Part shown: positions 1-7,894 of the stretch, piece after piece
Numbering within the stretch: position 1 is the first letter of the stretch
Layout of the letters: each line of letters starts with the position of its first letter
Assembly: GCA_043781315.1 (NCBI GenBank)
Contig: JAYWBR010000248.1
Span: forward strand, 1 to 36,705
Length of the DNA stretch: 36,705 nucleotides
Direction of reading: 5' to 3'
Source: Verrucomicrobiota bacterium
GTDB lineage: Bacteria; Verrucomicrobiota; Verrucomicrobiia; Limisphaerales; CAIQOK01
Made by a program: the position numbers and the translations under genes
Notes under the pieces: model-generated
The model's input: only the letters and a program-made list of their open reading frames with translations
The model's database searches: none
Told to the model about the DNA's origin: nothing

Positions 1-1953
1 TTTTACAGCATTCCGGCGGACAATCCGTTTCTGGGGGTGACGAATCTTTACGGCAAGACCGTGGACACGAATCATCTGCGCGGAGAATTTTATGCGATCG
101 GTTTCCGACACATCTGGCGCTTCAGCATTGATTCGGTCACGGGCGAAATCTGGGTCGGCAATGTCGGCCAGGATTTGTATGAGTCGGTGGACCTCATCCG
201 CAAGGGCGGCAACTACGGCTGGCCTTACTACGAAGGCACCAACCTCGCCTCCGTGCTTTATCCGGGTCAGGCCACCATGTTCGCGCCGCCGTCAGGCTTC
301 GTGCTGGACCGGCCGATCTATCAATACAGTCATCCGGCGGTCGCGGGCACGGATCCGGCGTTTGCCGGTCTGGATGTCTGCGGCAGCGTCCCGTATCACG
401 GCGCAAAAATTCCGCAACTGACCAACGCCTACATCTTTGGCGACTTCGATCTCGGCGGCAGCATCTGGGCGTTGCGACGTTCGAACAGCGCCGTCACCGT
501 CGAGCGGCTTGCCGGGCAATACGGCGAGGCTGCGTTCGGCACCGACCCCGGCAACGGGGATGTGCTGCTGTGCAATTACATCCAGAACAAAATCCAGCGG
601 CTCGTTTACACCGACGTGGGCAACTCGACGTTTCCCGCCAAGTTGAGCGACACCGGAATTTTCGCCGACCTCGCCACGCTGACGCCGAATCCGGGCATCG
701 TGAATTACGAACCGATTGTCTCCTTCTGGTCCGACTACGCCGTCAAGCGCCGCTGGTTCTGCATTCCCGACCCGACCAGCCAGATGAGTTTCGGCGCGGA
801 CACGAACTGGGCATTTCCCGCCGGCATGATGTGGATCAAACATTTTGATCTGGAACTCACACGCGGCGTTCCCGCGACAAAGAAACGCATCGAAACCCGC
901 GTCCTCGTCAAAACCACCAACGCCTGTTTTGGCGTGAGCTACCAATGGAATGACGCGGGCACCGAGGCGTTTCTGGTCGCCGACGGCGGAACGAATATCC
1001 TCGTCAACGTCCTCGTCAACGCGACCAACCTGGCGCAGCAATACGAAATTCCCTCGCGCTCGTCGTGCCTCGCGTGTCACGTCGCCGTCGCCGGCCACGC
1101 GCTGAGTTTCAACACGCGCGAACTCAACCAGACCACGAACATGAACGGTTTTAGCGGCAACCAGCTCACGCTGCTCGGCCAGGCCGGCTACCTGAACACG
1201 ACCGTGCCGGCACCGCAAACCTTGCCCGCATTCGCCGCCGCGACTGATGCGACGCGCAGTTTGGAATTCCGTGTCCGCTCCTATCTCGCCGAGAATTGCG
1301 TCCAATGCCATCAGCCCGGCGGCTCCGGCGCGCAAACCTGGGATGCGCGCCCATGGCTCACGCTCGATCAAACCCATCTCATCAACGGCGCGCTCAACAA
1401 CAATGCCGGCAACCCGCTCAACCTGCTCATCGTCCCCGGCGACACCAACCACTCCGTCGTGCTGCAACGGCTCATCGGCACGAGCTTCAGCCGGATGCCG
1501 CCGCTTGCGACGCACCAACTGGATCAGGGCGCGATCAATCTGCTGACGACGTGGATCAGCACGGAACTCACCAATCGCCTGACCTTCCCGCAATGGCAGC
1601 TCGCATATTTCGGCTCCACCAACGCCCCGAACGCGCAGCCCGCCGCCGATCCTGACGCCGACGGCGCGAGCAACTATTACGAATACCTCACGCAGACTTC
1701 GCCGCTCACGAACGTGCCCCCGCCGTGGGGCATCGCCATCACGCGGAGTGGAACGAATGTGAACATCCTCTTTCCGCGCCTGGCCAATCGCGGCTTCGTG
1801 GTGGAGACGAGCGAGACCCTCGGCAACTGGTCGCCGTGGAATGTGCCGGGCAACGTGCTCTGGTTCAGCGCGTCCAATTTTTCGGATGCGATCACCGGCC
1901 CGCTCACGCCCAGCACCAATCATTTCTTCCGGGTGAAAGTCTATGAGCCGTAA
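1..1953 (+). CDS. PQQ-dependent sugar (glucose/sorbosone) dehydrogenase-like protein fused to a planctomycete-type cytochrome c module; the 5' end lies upstream of the window
   Basis: Frame 1 is open from nt 1 (FYSIPADNPFLG precedes the listed GTG at 37). IPxDNPF and GGNYGWPYYEG motifs are typical of soluble PQQ sugar dehydrogenases. There are two CxxCH haem motifs (CLACH, CVQCH), and the second is followed by VPGDxxxS...RMPP as in PSCyt-type domains. The C-terminal DPDADG...FFRVKVY tail is also present. Stop TAA is at 1951-1953. Confidence 0.8.
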   Translation, partial: FYSIPADNPFLGVTNLYGKTVDTNHLRGEFYAIGFRHIWRFSIDSVTGEIWVGNVGQDLYESVDLIRKGGNYGWPYYEGTNLASVLYPGQATMFAPPSGFVLDRPIYQYSHPAVAGTDPAFAGLDVCGSVPYHGAKIPQLTNAYIFGDFDLGGSIWALRRSNSAVTVERLAGQYGEAAFGTDPGNGDVLLCNYIQNKIQRLVYTDVGNSTFPAKLSDTGIFADLATLTPNPGIVNYEPIVSFWSDYAVKRRWFCIPDPTSQMSFGADTNWAFPAGMMWIKHFDLELTRGVPATKKRIETRVLVKTTNACFGVSYQWNDAGTEAFLVADGGTNILVNVLVNATNLAQQYEIPSRSSCLACHVAVAGHALSFNTRELNQTTNMNGFSGNQLTLLGQAGYLNTTVPAPQTLPAFAAATDATRSLEFRVRSYLAENCVQCHQPGGSGAQTWDARPWLTLDQTHLINGALNNNAGNPLNLLIVPGDTNHSVVLQRLIGTSFSRMPPLATHQLDQGAINLLTTWISTELTNRLTFPQWQLAYFGSTNAPNAQPAADPDADGASNYYEYLTQTSPLTNVPPPWGIAITRSGTNVNILFPRLANRGFVVETSETLGNWSPWNVPGNVLWFSASNFSDAITGPLTPSTNHFFRVKVYEP

Positions 1954-2025
1954 ACTCCGGCAGTGGCACCTGCGTCCCGCCCGTGCGTTTTAGTTTGGTG
2001 GACATGTTCGCTTTGGCCAGAAACA

Positions 2026-2056
2026 CACGGGCGGGGACGCCCGTGCCACGATTTTC
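2026..2056 (+). terminator. Possible weak intrinsic terminator or leader hairpin between the dehydrogenase gene and the GH51 gene
   Basis: CACGGGCG-GGGA-CGCCCGTG forms a perfect 8-bp stem with a GNRA loop (2026-2045). A TTTT run starts 6 nt later (2052-2055), and this spacing weakens the call. Confidence 0.3.
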
Positions 2057-2094
2057 CCGTTGATTTTATCCGCCCGACAAAATACGAACTACCC

Positions 2095-4053
2095 ATGCAT
2101 TCAAAAATAAAAGCCGGTTTGCTCGCCGCTGTCCTCGCGTTCTCCCTCCCTGCTCCTGCCGCCACCATCGAAGTTCAGGTGGATCAACCCGGCGCAAAAA
2201 TAAATCCCGCGATGTGGGGAATATTTTTCGAGGACATCAACTTCGGCGCGGACGGCGGGCTTTACGCCGAGCTGGTGAAGAACCGTGGCTTCGAGTTTCC
2301 CGACGCGCTGATGGGCTGGTCGAAGTTGAGTCCGAGCAAGGCGCGCGGCCAGTTGTCCATTCACAACGAGCATCCGTTCAACGCCGCCAACCCGCACTAC
2401 CTGCGCATCGAATCCGAGGGCAAAGATTTGTTCGGCGTCGGCAACGAAGGCTTTCGCGGCTTGGGCGTGAAGGCGGGCGAGGCTTACAATTTCTCCGCGC
2501 AGGTCCGCAACGTGTCCGGCTCGCCCGCGCTGCGCGTGGAACTTTACGGCAGTGACGGCGCGTTGCTCGACACGGTGAAGCTGGAAAAATTTTCCGGCGA
2601 CTGGCAGAAAATTTCCGCCGTGCTGCATCCCAAAGACACGGACGCGAAGGCGAAACTTTATGTGCTCGTGGACGGCAAGGGCGCGGTGGATCTGGATTTT
2701 ATTTCACTGTTTCCCGACAACACCTGGAAGCATCGTCCCGGCGGATTGCGCGCAGACATGGCGCAGGCGCTGGCCGATCTGCACCCCGGCTTCATGCGAT
2801 TCCCCGGCGGCTGCATCGTCGAGGGCAGCGAGCTTTCCAAACGCTACCAGTGGAAAAAAACCATCGGGCCGGTGGAGGAGCGCGAGCTGTTGGTCAACCG
2901 CTGGAACTACGAATTCCTCCACCGTCTGACGCCGGATTATTTTCAATCCTTCGGCCTGGGCTTCCTGGAATTTTTCCAGCTGTGCGAGGACATTGGCGCG
3001 GAGCCGCTGCCGATCTTGAGCTGCGGCATTGCGTGCCAGTTTAATTCCGGTGAGCTTTGTCCGCTCGATCAGCTCGAACCTTACATTCAAGACGCGCTGG
3101 ATTTGATTGAGTTCGCCAACGGTTCCGCCGCCACCAAGTGGGGCGCGAAGCGCGCCGAACTCGGCCATCCCGAACCGTTCCGCATGAAAATGATGGGCGT
3201 GGGCAACGAAAACTGGGACGCGCAATACATCGAACGCTACGCGAAATTTCACACCGCCTTGAAAGCGGCGCATCCGGAAATCCAGCTTGTCTCCAGCGCC
3301 GGGCCGTTTCCGAACGACGAGCATTTCAAATTCGCCTGGCCGAAATTGCGCGAGCTGCACGCGGACATCGTGGACGAACATTGCTACGACAAGCCCGCGT
3401 GGTTCCTCAACAACACGCACCGCTTCGACAACTACGACCGCACCGGCCCGAAAGTTTTCTTCGGCGAATACGCGGCGCAGAGCGACAAAGTGGTGAGCGT
3501 GAAAAACCGTAACACCTGGGAATGTGCCATCGCCGAGGCCGCCTACATGACCGGGCTGGAACGCAACGCCGAGGTGGTTCGCATGGCCAGCTACGCACCG
3601 CTGTTTGCCAACGCCGAGGCGTGGCAATGGACGCCGAACATGATCTGGGTGGACACGCTGAATCTGTACGCAACGCCAAATTATTACGTGCAACAGTTGT
3701 TCAGCCGCAACCGGGGCGACGTGATCATCCCCGTGAAACTCGACGCGCCGGAAATTCAGACGAACAAACTTTTCGCCTCGGCCACGCACGACAATGCTGC
3801 TGGCGAAGTCATCGTGAAAGTGGTGAACGCCGCCGCCGCGCCCGCCGAAGCTGAAATTAAACTCGCCACCTCTGGTGCCGTGGCTGGCAATGGTCGGATC
3901 ACCGTGCTGGCCGGCGCGAATGCGGACGTAAACTCGTTCACGAACCCCAAGGCGATTGCGCCCGTTGAATCCGCGCTCACCGGCGTGGGCAAAACATTCC
4001 GTCACACCTTCCCCGCCAATTCCGTGACCGTGCTGCGGCTCAAGGTGAAATGA
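2095..4053 (+). CDS. GH51 alpha-L-arabinofuranosidase, secreted, with an N-terminal beta-sandwich
   Basis: ATG at 2095 gives the signal peptide MHSKIKAGLLAAVLAFSLPAPAA; the ORF-track start at 1963 adds an implausible extension. Family-like motifs are WGIFFEDINFGADGGLYAELVKNRGFEF, FPGGCIVEG, MGVGNENW and FFGEYA, the last two at clan GH-A acid/base and nucleophile-type positions. There is also a C-terminal beta-sandwich. Confidence 0.85.
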   Translation: MHSKIKAGLLAAVLAFSLPAPAATIEVQVDQPGAKINPAMWGIFFEDINFGADGGLYAELVKNRGFEFPDALMGWSKLSPSKARGQLSIHNEHPFNAANPHYLRIESEGKDLFGVGNEGFRGLGVKAGEAYNFSAQVRNVSGSPALRVELYGSDGALLDTVKLEKFSGDWQKISAVLHPKDTDAKAKLYVLVDGKGAVDLDFISLFPDNTWKHRPGGLRADMAQALADLHPGFMRFPGGCIVEGSELSKRYQWKKTIGPVEERELLVNRWNYEFLHRLTPDYFQSFGLGFLEFFQLCEDIGAEPLPILSCGIACQFNSGELCPLDQLEPYIQDALDLIEFANGSAATKWGAKRAELGHPEPFRMKMMGVGNENWDAQYIERYAKFHTALKAAHPEIQLVSSAGPFPNDEHFKFAWPKLRELHADIVDEHCYDKPAWFLNNTHRFDNYDRTGPKVFFGEYAAQSDKVVSVKNRNTWECAIAEAAYMTGLERNAEVVRMASYAPLFANAEAWQWTPNMIWVDTLNLYATPNYYVQQLFSRNRGDVIIPVKLDAPEIQTNKLFASATHDNAAGEVIVKVVNAAAAPAEAEIKLATSGAVAGNGRITVLAGANADVNSFTNPKAIAPVESALTGVGKTFRHTFPANSVTVLRLKVK

Positions 4054-4083
4054 TCAGAATGGGTTGTCAGGCGGGACGCGATT

Positions 4084-4275
4084 ATGGGACGATTCGTAAA
4101 ACTTTGGAAGGCCGAAGAGACTGATGTGCGGGTTGTTTATGCTTACGGCCCTTCCACAGAACAGCGCGGTCGCATCGCCTGCACAAAAGCGGACGGAGTG
4201 ATTTTGCTGGTCGAGCCAGTTCCAGAGATTTCAGACCAAGACGACAGATTTTTTATCGCGACCTTGCGATGGTGA
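4084..4275 (+). CDS. Hypothetical small protein (63 aa)
   Basis: This is an ATG ORF in a locally lower-GC pocket between convergent genes. I recognise no family. Support comes from an intrinsic-terminator-like hairpin that starts 2 nt after its TGA stop. Confidence 0.35.
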   Translation: MGRFVKLWKAEETDVRVVYAYGPSTEQRGRIACTKADGVILLVEPVPEISDQDDRFFIATLRW

Positions 4276-4276
4276 G

Positions 4277-4307
4277 ACTCCGGAAGCCACACCAGTCTGG
4301 AGTTTTT
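4277..4307 (+). terminator. Intrinsic terminator candidate after the 63-codon ORF
   Basis: ACTCCGGA (4277-4284) pairs with TCTGGAGT (4296-4303) as 7 Watson-Crick pairs plus 1 G-U, with an 11-nt loop. A TTTTT run follows immediately (4303-4307). Confidence 0.45.
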
Positions 4308-4378
4308 CCAGATGAGGCCGCTATGGTTACATAGGTTTGGCGGACGAAATGATACCCGAACCTTGTGTAGCAAACCCC

Positions 4379-4402
4379 CTCTCCCCGCCCGAGCGGGGAG
4401 AG
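4379..4402. repeat. Perfect GC-rich hairpin (inverted repeat) at a convergent-gene junction
   Basis: CTCTCCCCGC-CCGA-GCGGGGAGAG has a 10-bp stem and a 4-nt loop. It lies between the 3' ends of the + strand genes and the DUF4185-like gene. Confidence 0.6.
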
Positions 4403-4414
4403 TTCATTAATTTC

Positions 4415-4438
4415 GAGGACGAGGACGAGGACGAGGAC
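4415..4438. repeat. Tandem hexamer (GAGGAC)x4
   Basis: Four exact contiguous GAGGAC units are read directly from the sequence. The related tract TCGAGGACGAGGACGAA recurs at 13950-13966. Confidence 0.9.
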
Positions 4439-4467
4439 GAACGGTTGAACGGTATTCCCAACGATCT

Positions 4468-5634
4468 TCAACGAGCCAGCGTGATCGTCACCCACTCCGG
4501 ATTGGTAAATTCCCATTCGCCGGACAGAATGCGGCAGAAGGTGGCGACCATGTGTCCCGCTTTCACATCACTGAGTTCGGGATGCAGGTAGGCGCCATAG
4601 ACGAGCTTGGTTTTTTTGCTCGGCAATTCGGGCACCGCCAGGCGCACCGGCGCGCTCCACGGGCCTTCGGGATGTTCGGCTTCGCGCAGTTGCATTTCGA
4701 GCGGATGAAAAAAATCCGACGACGTGGCCATCAGGTAGCGGCGTTGCTCCGGTTGCCAGACCACGGACACCTGGCCGTACGCCTCACGCAGAATCACCGC
4801 AGCATTGGTGCGTTGCGAGGACCAATGCTGGCCGGTGTAGAATTCATACGCGGCAGGGTTTTCGATTTGCGCGGATGGAACGCGGGCAATCACCAAGCCT
4901 TTGGGTTTGGTGCTGATTTCATAGAGGTAGAGAAATTCTCCCTCGCGCAGGACTTGAATCGGCTCCATGGGAAATTTCCACATGCCCCCGGGCCGCAAGC
5001 GCGTGAAGTGTTGCAACGGTTTGTCCGCCGCCGCCAACCCGCCGCCAACGCTGCGAAAATTCCACGGCCCCGGCCCCGGGGTTTGTTCTATCATCGAATA
5101 GAAAAGATAAATGCGCTCACCCACGGTGACTCCGCCCAACGGCCACATGCGATTGGTCGCGGCGGATTCCCCGGGGAACAGCGCGAGGGGATTTTCGACG
5201 ACACCGGTTGGATTCACGAAGTATTCGAGCGCGGGCGGCAGATTGGTTTTCGTCGCCGGCAGAAACGCGATGGTGGTGCCGACCATGCCGGGGGTCGTGA
5301 AAGTGTCGCCAAACAACCACAACGCTCCGCCGGGAACGGCAATCGCCTGCGCGCCGTCCTGGAACCGGACGCCCGCGCGCTGCTGGCTCGCTGAAAAAAT
5401 GGACGGGCCAAACTCGACGTGTTGAACCCGGAGTGGAACTGTTGCGCCAACGCCCAACGTAACCCCAACTGACAACGCTGTGAAAGCAAGGGTGAGTTTC
5501 AAACCCTTCAAAGTCTTTGCATAAGTGTCTTTGGAACGGAGCGCGGAGCATTGCTCCGCTCGAGTTGGCGGCAGTTCTTGCGGAGCGATGCTCCGCGCTC
5601 CAGTTGCGGTATTTTTTTTCAGCGGCGAAATCAT
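4468..5634 (-). CDS. DUF4185-like beta-propeller protein (putative glycoside hydrolase), secreted
   Basis: ATG at 5634 overlaps the GH43 stop as ATGA (5631-5634). An alternative TTG at 5511 would give a canonical signal peptide, MKGLKLTLAFTALSVGVTLGVGA. Motifs LWLFGDTF, MWPLGG and YGAYLHPE resemble the DUF4185 family; this is recalled, not searched. The ORF-track start at 6009 lies inside the GH43 gene and is rejected. Confidence 0.7.
   Translation of the reverse strand: MISPLKKNTATGARSIAPQELPPTRAEQCSALRSKDTYAKTLKGLKLTLAFTALSVGVTLGVGATVPLRVQHVEFGPSIFSASQQRAGVRFQDGAQAIAVPGGALWLFGDTFTTPGMVGTTIAFLPATKTNLPPALEYFVNPTGVVENPLALFPGESAATNRMWPLGGVTVGERIYLFYSMIEQTPGPGPWNFRSVGGGLAAADKPLQHFTRLRPGGMWKFPMEPIQVLREGEFLYLYEISTKPKGLVIARVPSAQIENPAAYEFYTGQHWSSQRTNAAVILREAYGQVSVVWQPEQRRYLMATSSDFFHPLEMQLREAEHPEGPWSAPVRLAVPELPSKKTKLVYGAYLHPELSDVKAGHMVATFCRILSGEWEFTNPEWVTITLAR
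5538..5601. repeat. Twin palindromic hairpins GCGGAGC-N3-GCTCCGC
   Basis: The hairpins lie at 5543-5559 and 5580-5596. In addition, 5538-5549 (GGAGCGCGGAGC) is the perfect reverse complement of 5590-5601 (GCTCCGCGCTCC). Confidence 0.8.
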
Positions 5635-6632
5635 TTCAGCTTCTTCGCGCCGGGCCACGCATCGTCGCTCCACTCCATCTGCCCTAACGCCAGCCGCGAG
5701 CGGCCCTCGGTGTTGGCGTCGTAGTAATGATAGCTGAACCAGTTCGGGCCGCCGTCGTTGAGAATCCCGATGTGGCCGGGGCCGATGAACGGGCCGGTGC
5801 TTTCCAAAAACAGCGAGCCGCCGCTGTCGCTGAGATCCTTGCCGGCGCGATCCAGATACGGGCCGGCGATTTTTTGACTGCGCCCGACGCGGACTTCGTA
5901 AGTGCTGTTCGTGCCTTTGCAGCATTGGCCCCAGTTGACGAAGAGAAAATAAAAATCCCCGTGCCGCGTGAGACATGAGGCTTCGATAGAATTGTTTGAA
6001 TGATTCCACGCGAGCCGCTGCGGCGCCGCGTTGGTGTCGGTGCGCAGACCGGTTTTAGGATCGAGTTGGATTAAATAAATGCCCGTCCAATACGAGCCGA
6101 AGGTCATCCACAATTTTCCATCGGCATCCAGCATGACGCTCGGATCAATGGTGTTGAACGCGCTGCCGTTGGTGGACTGGATGACCGGGCCGCAATCGGT
6201 CCAATGGAAATTGGTGGAGGATGAATCGAGCGTGCGGTTCGTCGCCAGCCCGAGCGCCGAGAGTTGTTTGCCCCAGGTGGAGATGGAGTAATACAGAAAA
6301 AACCGGTCGCCGACGCGGATGAGATCCGGTGCCCAGCAGCCGCGGAATCCCGGCACGGTGTCGAAAGTCCAGCCGGGCATTTGATTGAACACCGCCGGTC
6401 CGTTGGTCCAATGAACGAGGTCGGGGGAGGATTCTGACAACACGCCGCGCCCCGTGCCGAACACGTAGTAGCGGCCATTGTCTTTCAGGATGGTGGACGG
6501 GTCGTGGATGAAAGTTTGCCCGGTGAGCGGCAACGGCTCGACTTTCGTGTCGGCGCACCAGCCGGTCAACGCAAGGCCGGCCAGCAATGCCACGGCACAA
6601 CAACACGCCGAGCGCAGCAGAGGAATAGTCAT
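5631..6632 (-). CDS. GH43 endo-1,5-alpha-L-arabinanase, secreted
   Basis: ATG at 6632 gives the signal peptide MTIPLLRSACCCAVALLAGLALTGWCA. Motifs are IHDPS, WAPD, FYLYYS, IDPSV and FGSYW, together with the five-bladed propeller periodicity typical of GH43 arabinanases. Confidence 0.85.
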   Translation of the reverse strand: MTIPLLRSACCCAVALLAGLALTGWCADTKVEPLPLTGQTFIHDPSTILKDNGRYYVFGTGRGVLSESSPDLVHWTNGPAVFNQMPGWTFDTVPGFRGCWAPDLIRVGDRFFLYYSISTWGKQLSALGLATNRTLDSSSTNFHWTDCGPVIQSTNGSAFNTIDPSVMLDADGKLWMTFGSYWTGIYLIQLDPKTGLRTDTNAAPQRLAWNHSNNSIEASCLTRHGDFYFLFVNWGQCCKGTNSTYEVRVGRSQKIAGPYLDRAGKDLSDSGGSLFLESTGPFIGPGHIGILNDGGPNWFSYHYYDANTEGRSRLALGQMEWSDDAWPGAKKLK

Positions 6633-6747
6633 GCGCCGACTTTGCCACGGAGACTCATGAAAAACGAGAGCGCAATAGTGCTCAACCTTGTGATCGAACG
6701 CCGTTCGGATTGAGGTAAAACGCACGCAGCTTGGCGTGGCACTCCGA

Positions 6748-7887
6748 TCACTCCCCGAGGTTCACCAGCTTCAGCGCGCCGACGCCGCCGGGATTCCAGT
6801 TGGTAAACACGATATAGACTTCCTGATCGCGGCCGCTGCCCGTCACATACCACGCGGCATCATGGATGTGCTGCGCGTCGGTGTAGCCCAGGTCGGCCTT
6901 GGGTTTGATCGTGGCGACAATGGCGCGCGTCTTCAAATTGAGGATGTAGATCGGGCCGGGGGTTTTGTCCGGGCCATCGAGACAGGGTGCCAGCGCGTAA
7001 TCGCCCCAGAGGTCGAGGTCGCAAACCGTGCTGCCGGCGGGCAGGCTGACAATTTCCCGCACCTGCTCGCGCACGGGATCGAAGCGTTTGATCTGGCCTT
7101 CGGGCCGCGCCGCGAGCAGCAGTGAATGATCGTGCGGATCCAGCGTGATGCCGTGCGGCGTCTGCGAAAAACTTTTCCCGCCAAAGAATTTTCCGCGATA
7201 GGCCAGCGGCGAAACGTCCGCCGACGTGAACCACGCCTTGCCATAGCCGTCGGTGATCCACAGCTCGTGGTCGTTCGCGAACGCCACGTCGGTGGGATGA
7301 AAGTTTTTGCCGTCCACGTACGGCTGGCCAACGGGCGCAGACAACACCTCGGCGTGCTGGAAGGTGGTGTCCGTCAGGTAAATTTTCCCGGCCACGTTGT
7401 CGGCGGCGGCGATGAGCGGGAGGTTTTTTTTGCGCGGCCAGAGATCCGCCCCGTGCAGATTGCCGTTGGTGAACGCGCCGTCGCCCTGGATGATCCAGGA
7501 ATATTGCAGGCGGTTGCTGAAGCCGATCCAGCCCACGCCCTGCAAGCCCCAATAGACGATGTCCGTGGACTTATCCACGATGATCGTGCCGTGCGCGCCA
7601 ACGAGCTTGGGCAGCGCGGCGGGCGGCACGGGTGTGAGAGTGCGGGCGGCGATGAATTTCCAAAAGCCCTGGCCGCTCACGGGCGTGCCCGGCGCGAGCG
7701 TGATGGCTTTGGGCGCGCGCACCGGCCCATGTTTTTCCACGACGAACGGCAGCGGCACCGCGTTGGTCACGTCGGAATCCTGCGCCGCGCCAACGGACAC
7801 ATCGTGGGCGAATCCGGCGCGGGCCATCAACAGGACGATTATTCCCGCGCAAACGTGAAGCTGGAAACAGAGTGAATATTTTTTCAT
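6748..7887 (-). CDS. Secreted hypothetical protein, probable beta-propeller fold
   Basis: ATG at 7887 gives the signal peptide MKKYSLCFQLHVCAGIIVLLMARAGFA. The ORF-track TTG at 7908 would overlap the xth stop. I could not confidently recognise a named family. Confidence 0.6.
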   Translation of the reverse strand: MKKYSLCFQLHVCAGIIVLLMARAGFAHDVSVGAAQDSDVTNAVPLPFVVEKHGPVRAPKAITLAPGTPVSGQGFWKFIAARTLTPVPPAALPKLVGAHGTIIVDKSTDIVYWGLQGVGWIGFSNRLQYSWIIQGDGAFTNGNLHGADLWPRKKNLPLIAAADNVAGKIYLTDTTFQHAEVLSAPVGQPYVDGKNFHPTDVAFANDHELWITDGYGKAWFTSADVSPLAYRGKFFGGKSFSQTPHGITLDPHDHSLLLAARPEGQIKRFDPVREQVREIVSLPAGSTVCDLDLWGDYALAPCLDGPDKTPGPIYILNLKTRAIVATIKPKADLGYTDAQHIHDAAWYVTGSGRDQEVYIVFTNWNPGGVGALKLVNLGE

Positions 7888-7894
7888 AACGGGC

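Noticed and set aside
292-1923. A 543-aa ORF antisense to the dehydrogenase/cytochrome gene. Analogous long antisense or shifted ORFs occur at 2704-4005, 7126-7875, 7922-8737, 15925-17652, 17830-19602, 19654-20571, 21676-22893, 23261-24322, 26784-28385, 28807-29505, 33331-34680 and 34338-35231.
   Set aside because: These are typical GC-rich shadow ORFs. Their products are Arg/Gly/Ala/Pro-rich with no recognisable motifs. Each lies fully opposite a gene with clear family signatures.
1963-2094. N-terminally extended ORF-track starts. Examples are 1963 for GH51, 6009 for DUF4185-like, 6725 for GH43, 8713 for xth, 10314 for the adhesin, 15976 for the Grx-like gene, 15961 for glycerate kinase, 20814 for the PEP-CTERM gene, 24568 for the hydrolase, 26416 for the MBL gene and 29865 for the PilO-like gene.
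   Set aside because: In each case a downstream ATG yields a canonical signal peptide or the conserved family N-terminus. The extension is Arg/Pro-rich, overlaps the neighbouring gene, or both.
4415-4438. Short tandem repeats (GAGGAC x4 here, TTCGTCA x4 at 28503-28530) considered as possible CRISPR or minisatellite arrays.
   Set aside because: The units are contiguous 6-7 nt repeats with no spacers. No 25-40 nt repeat/spacer periodicity and no cas genes exist anywhere in the window.
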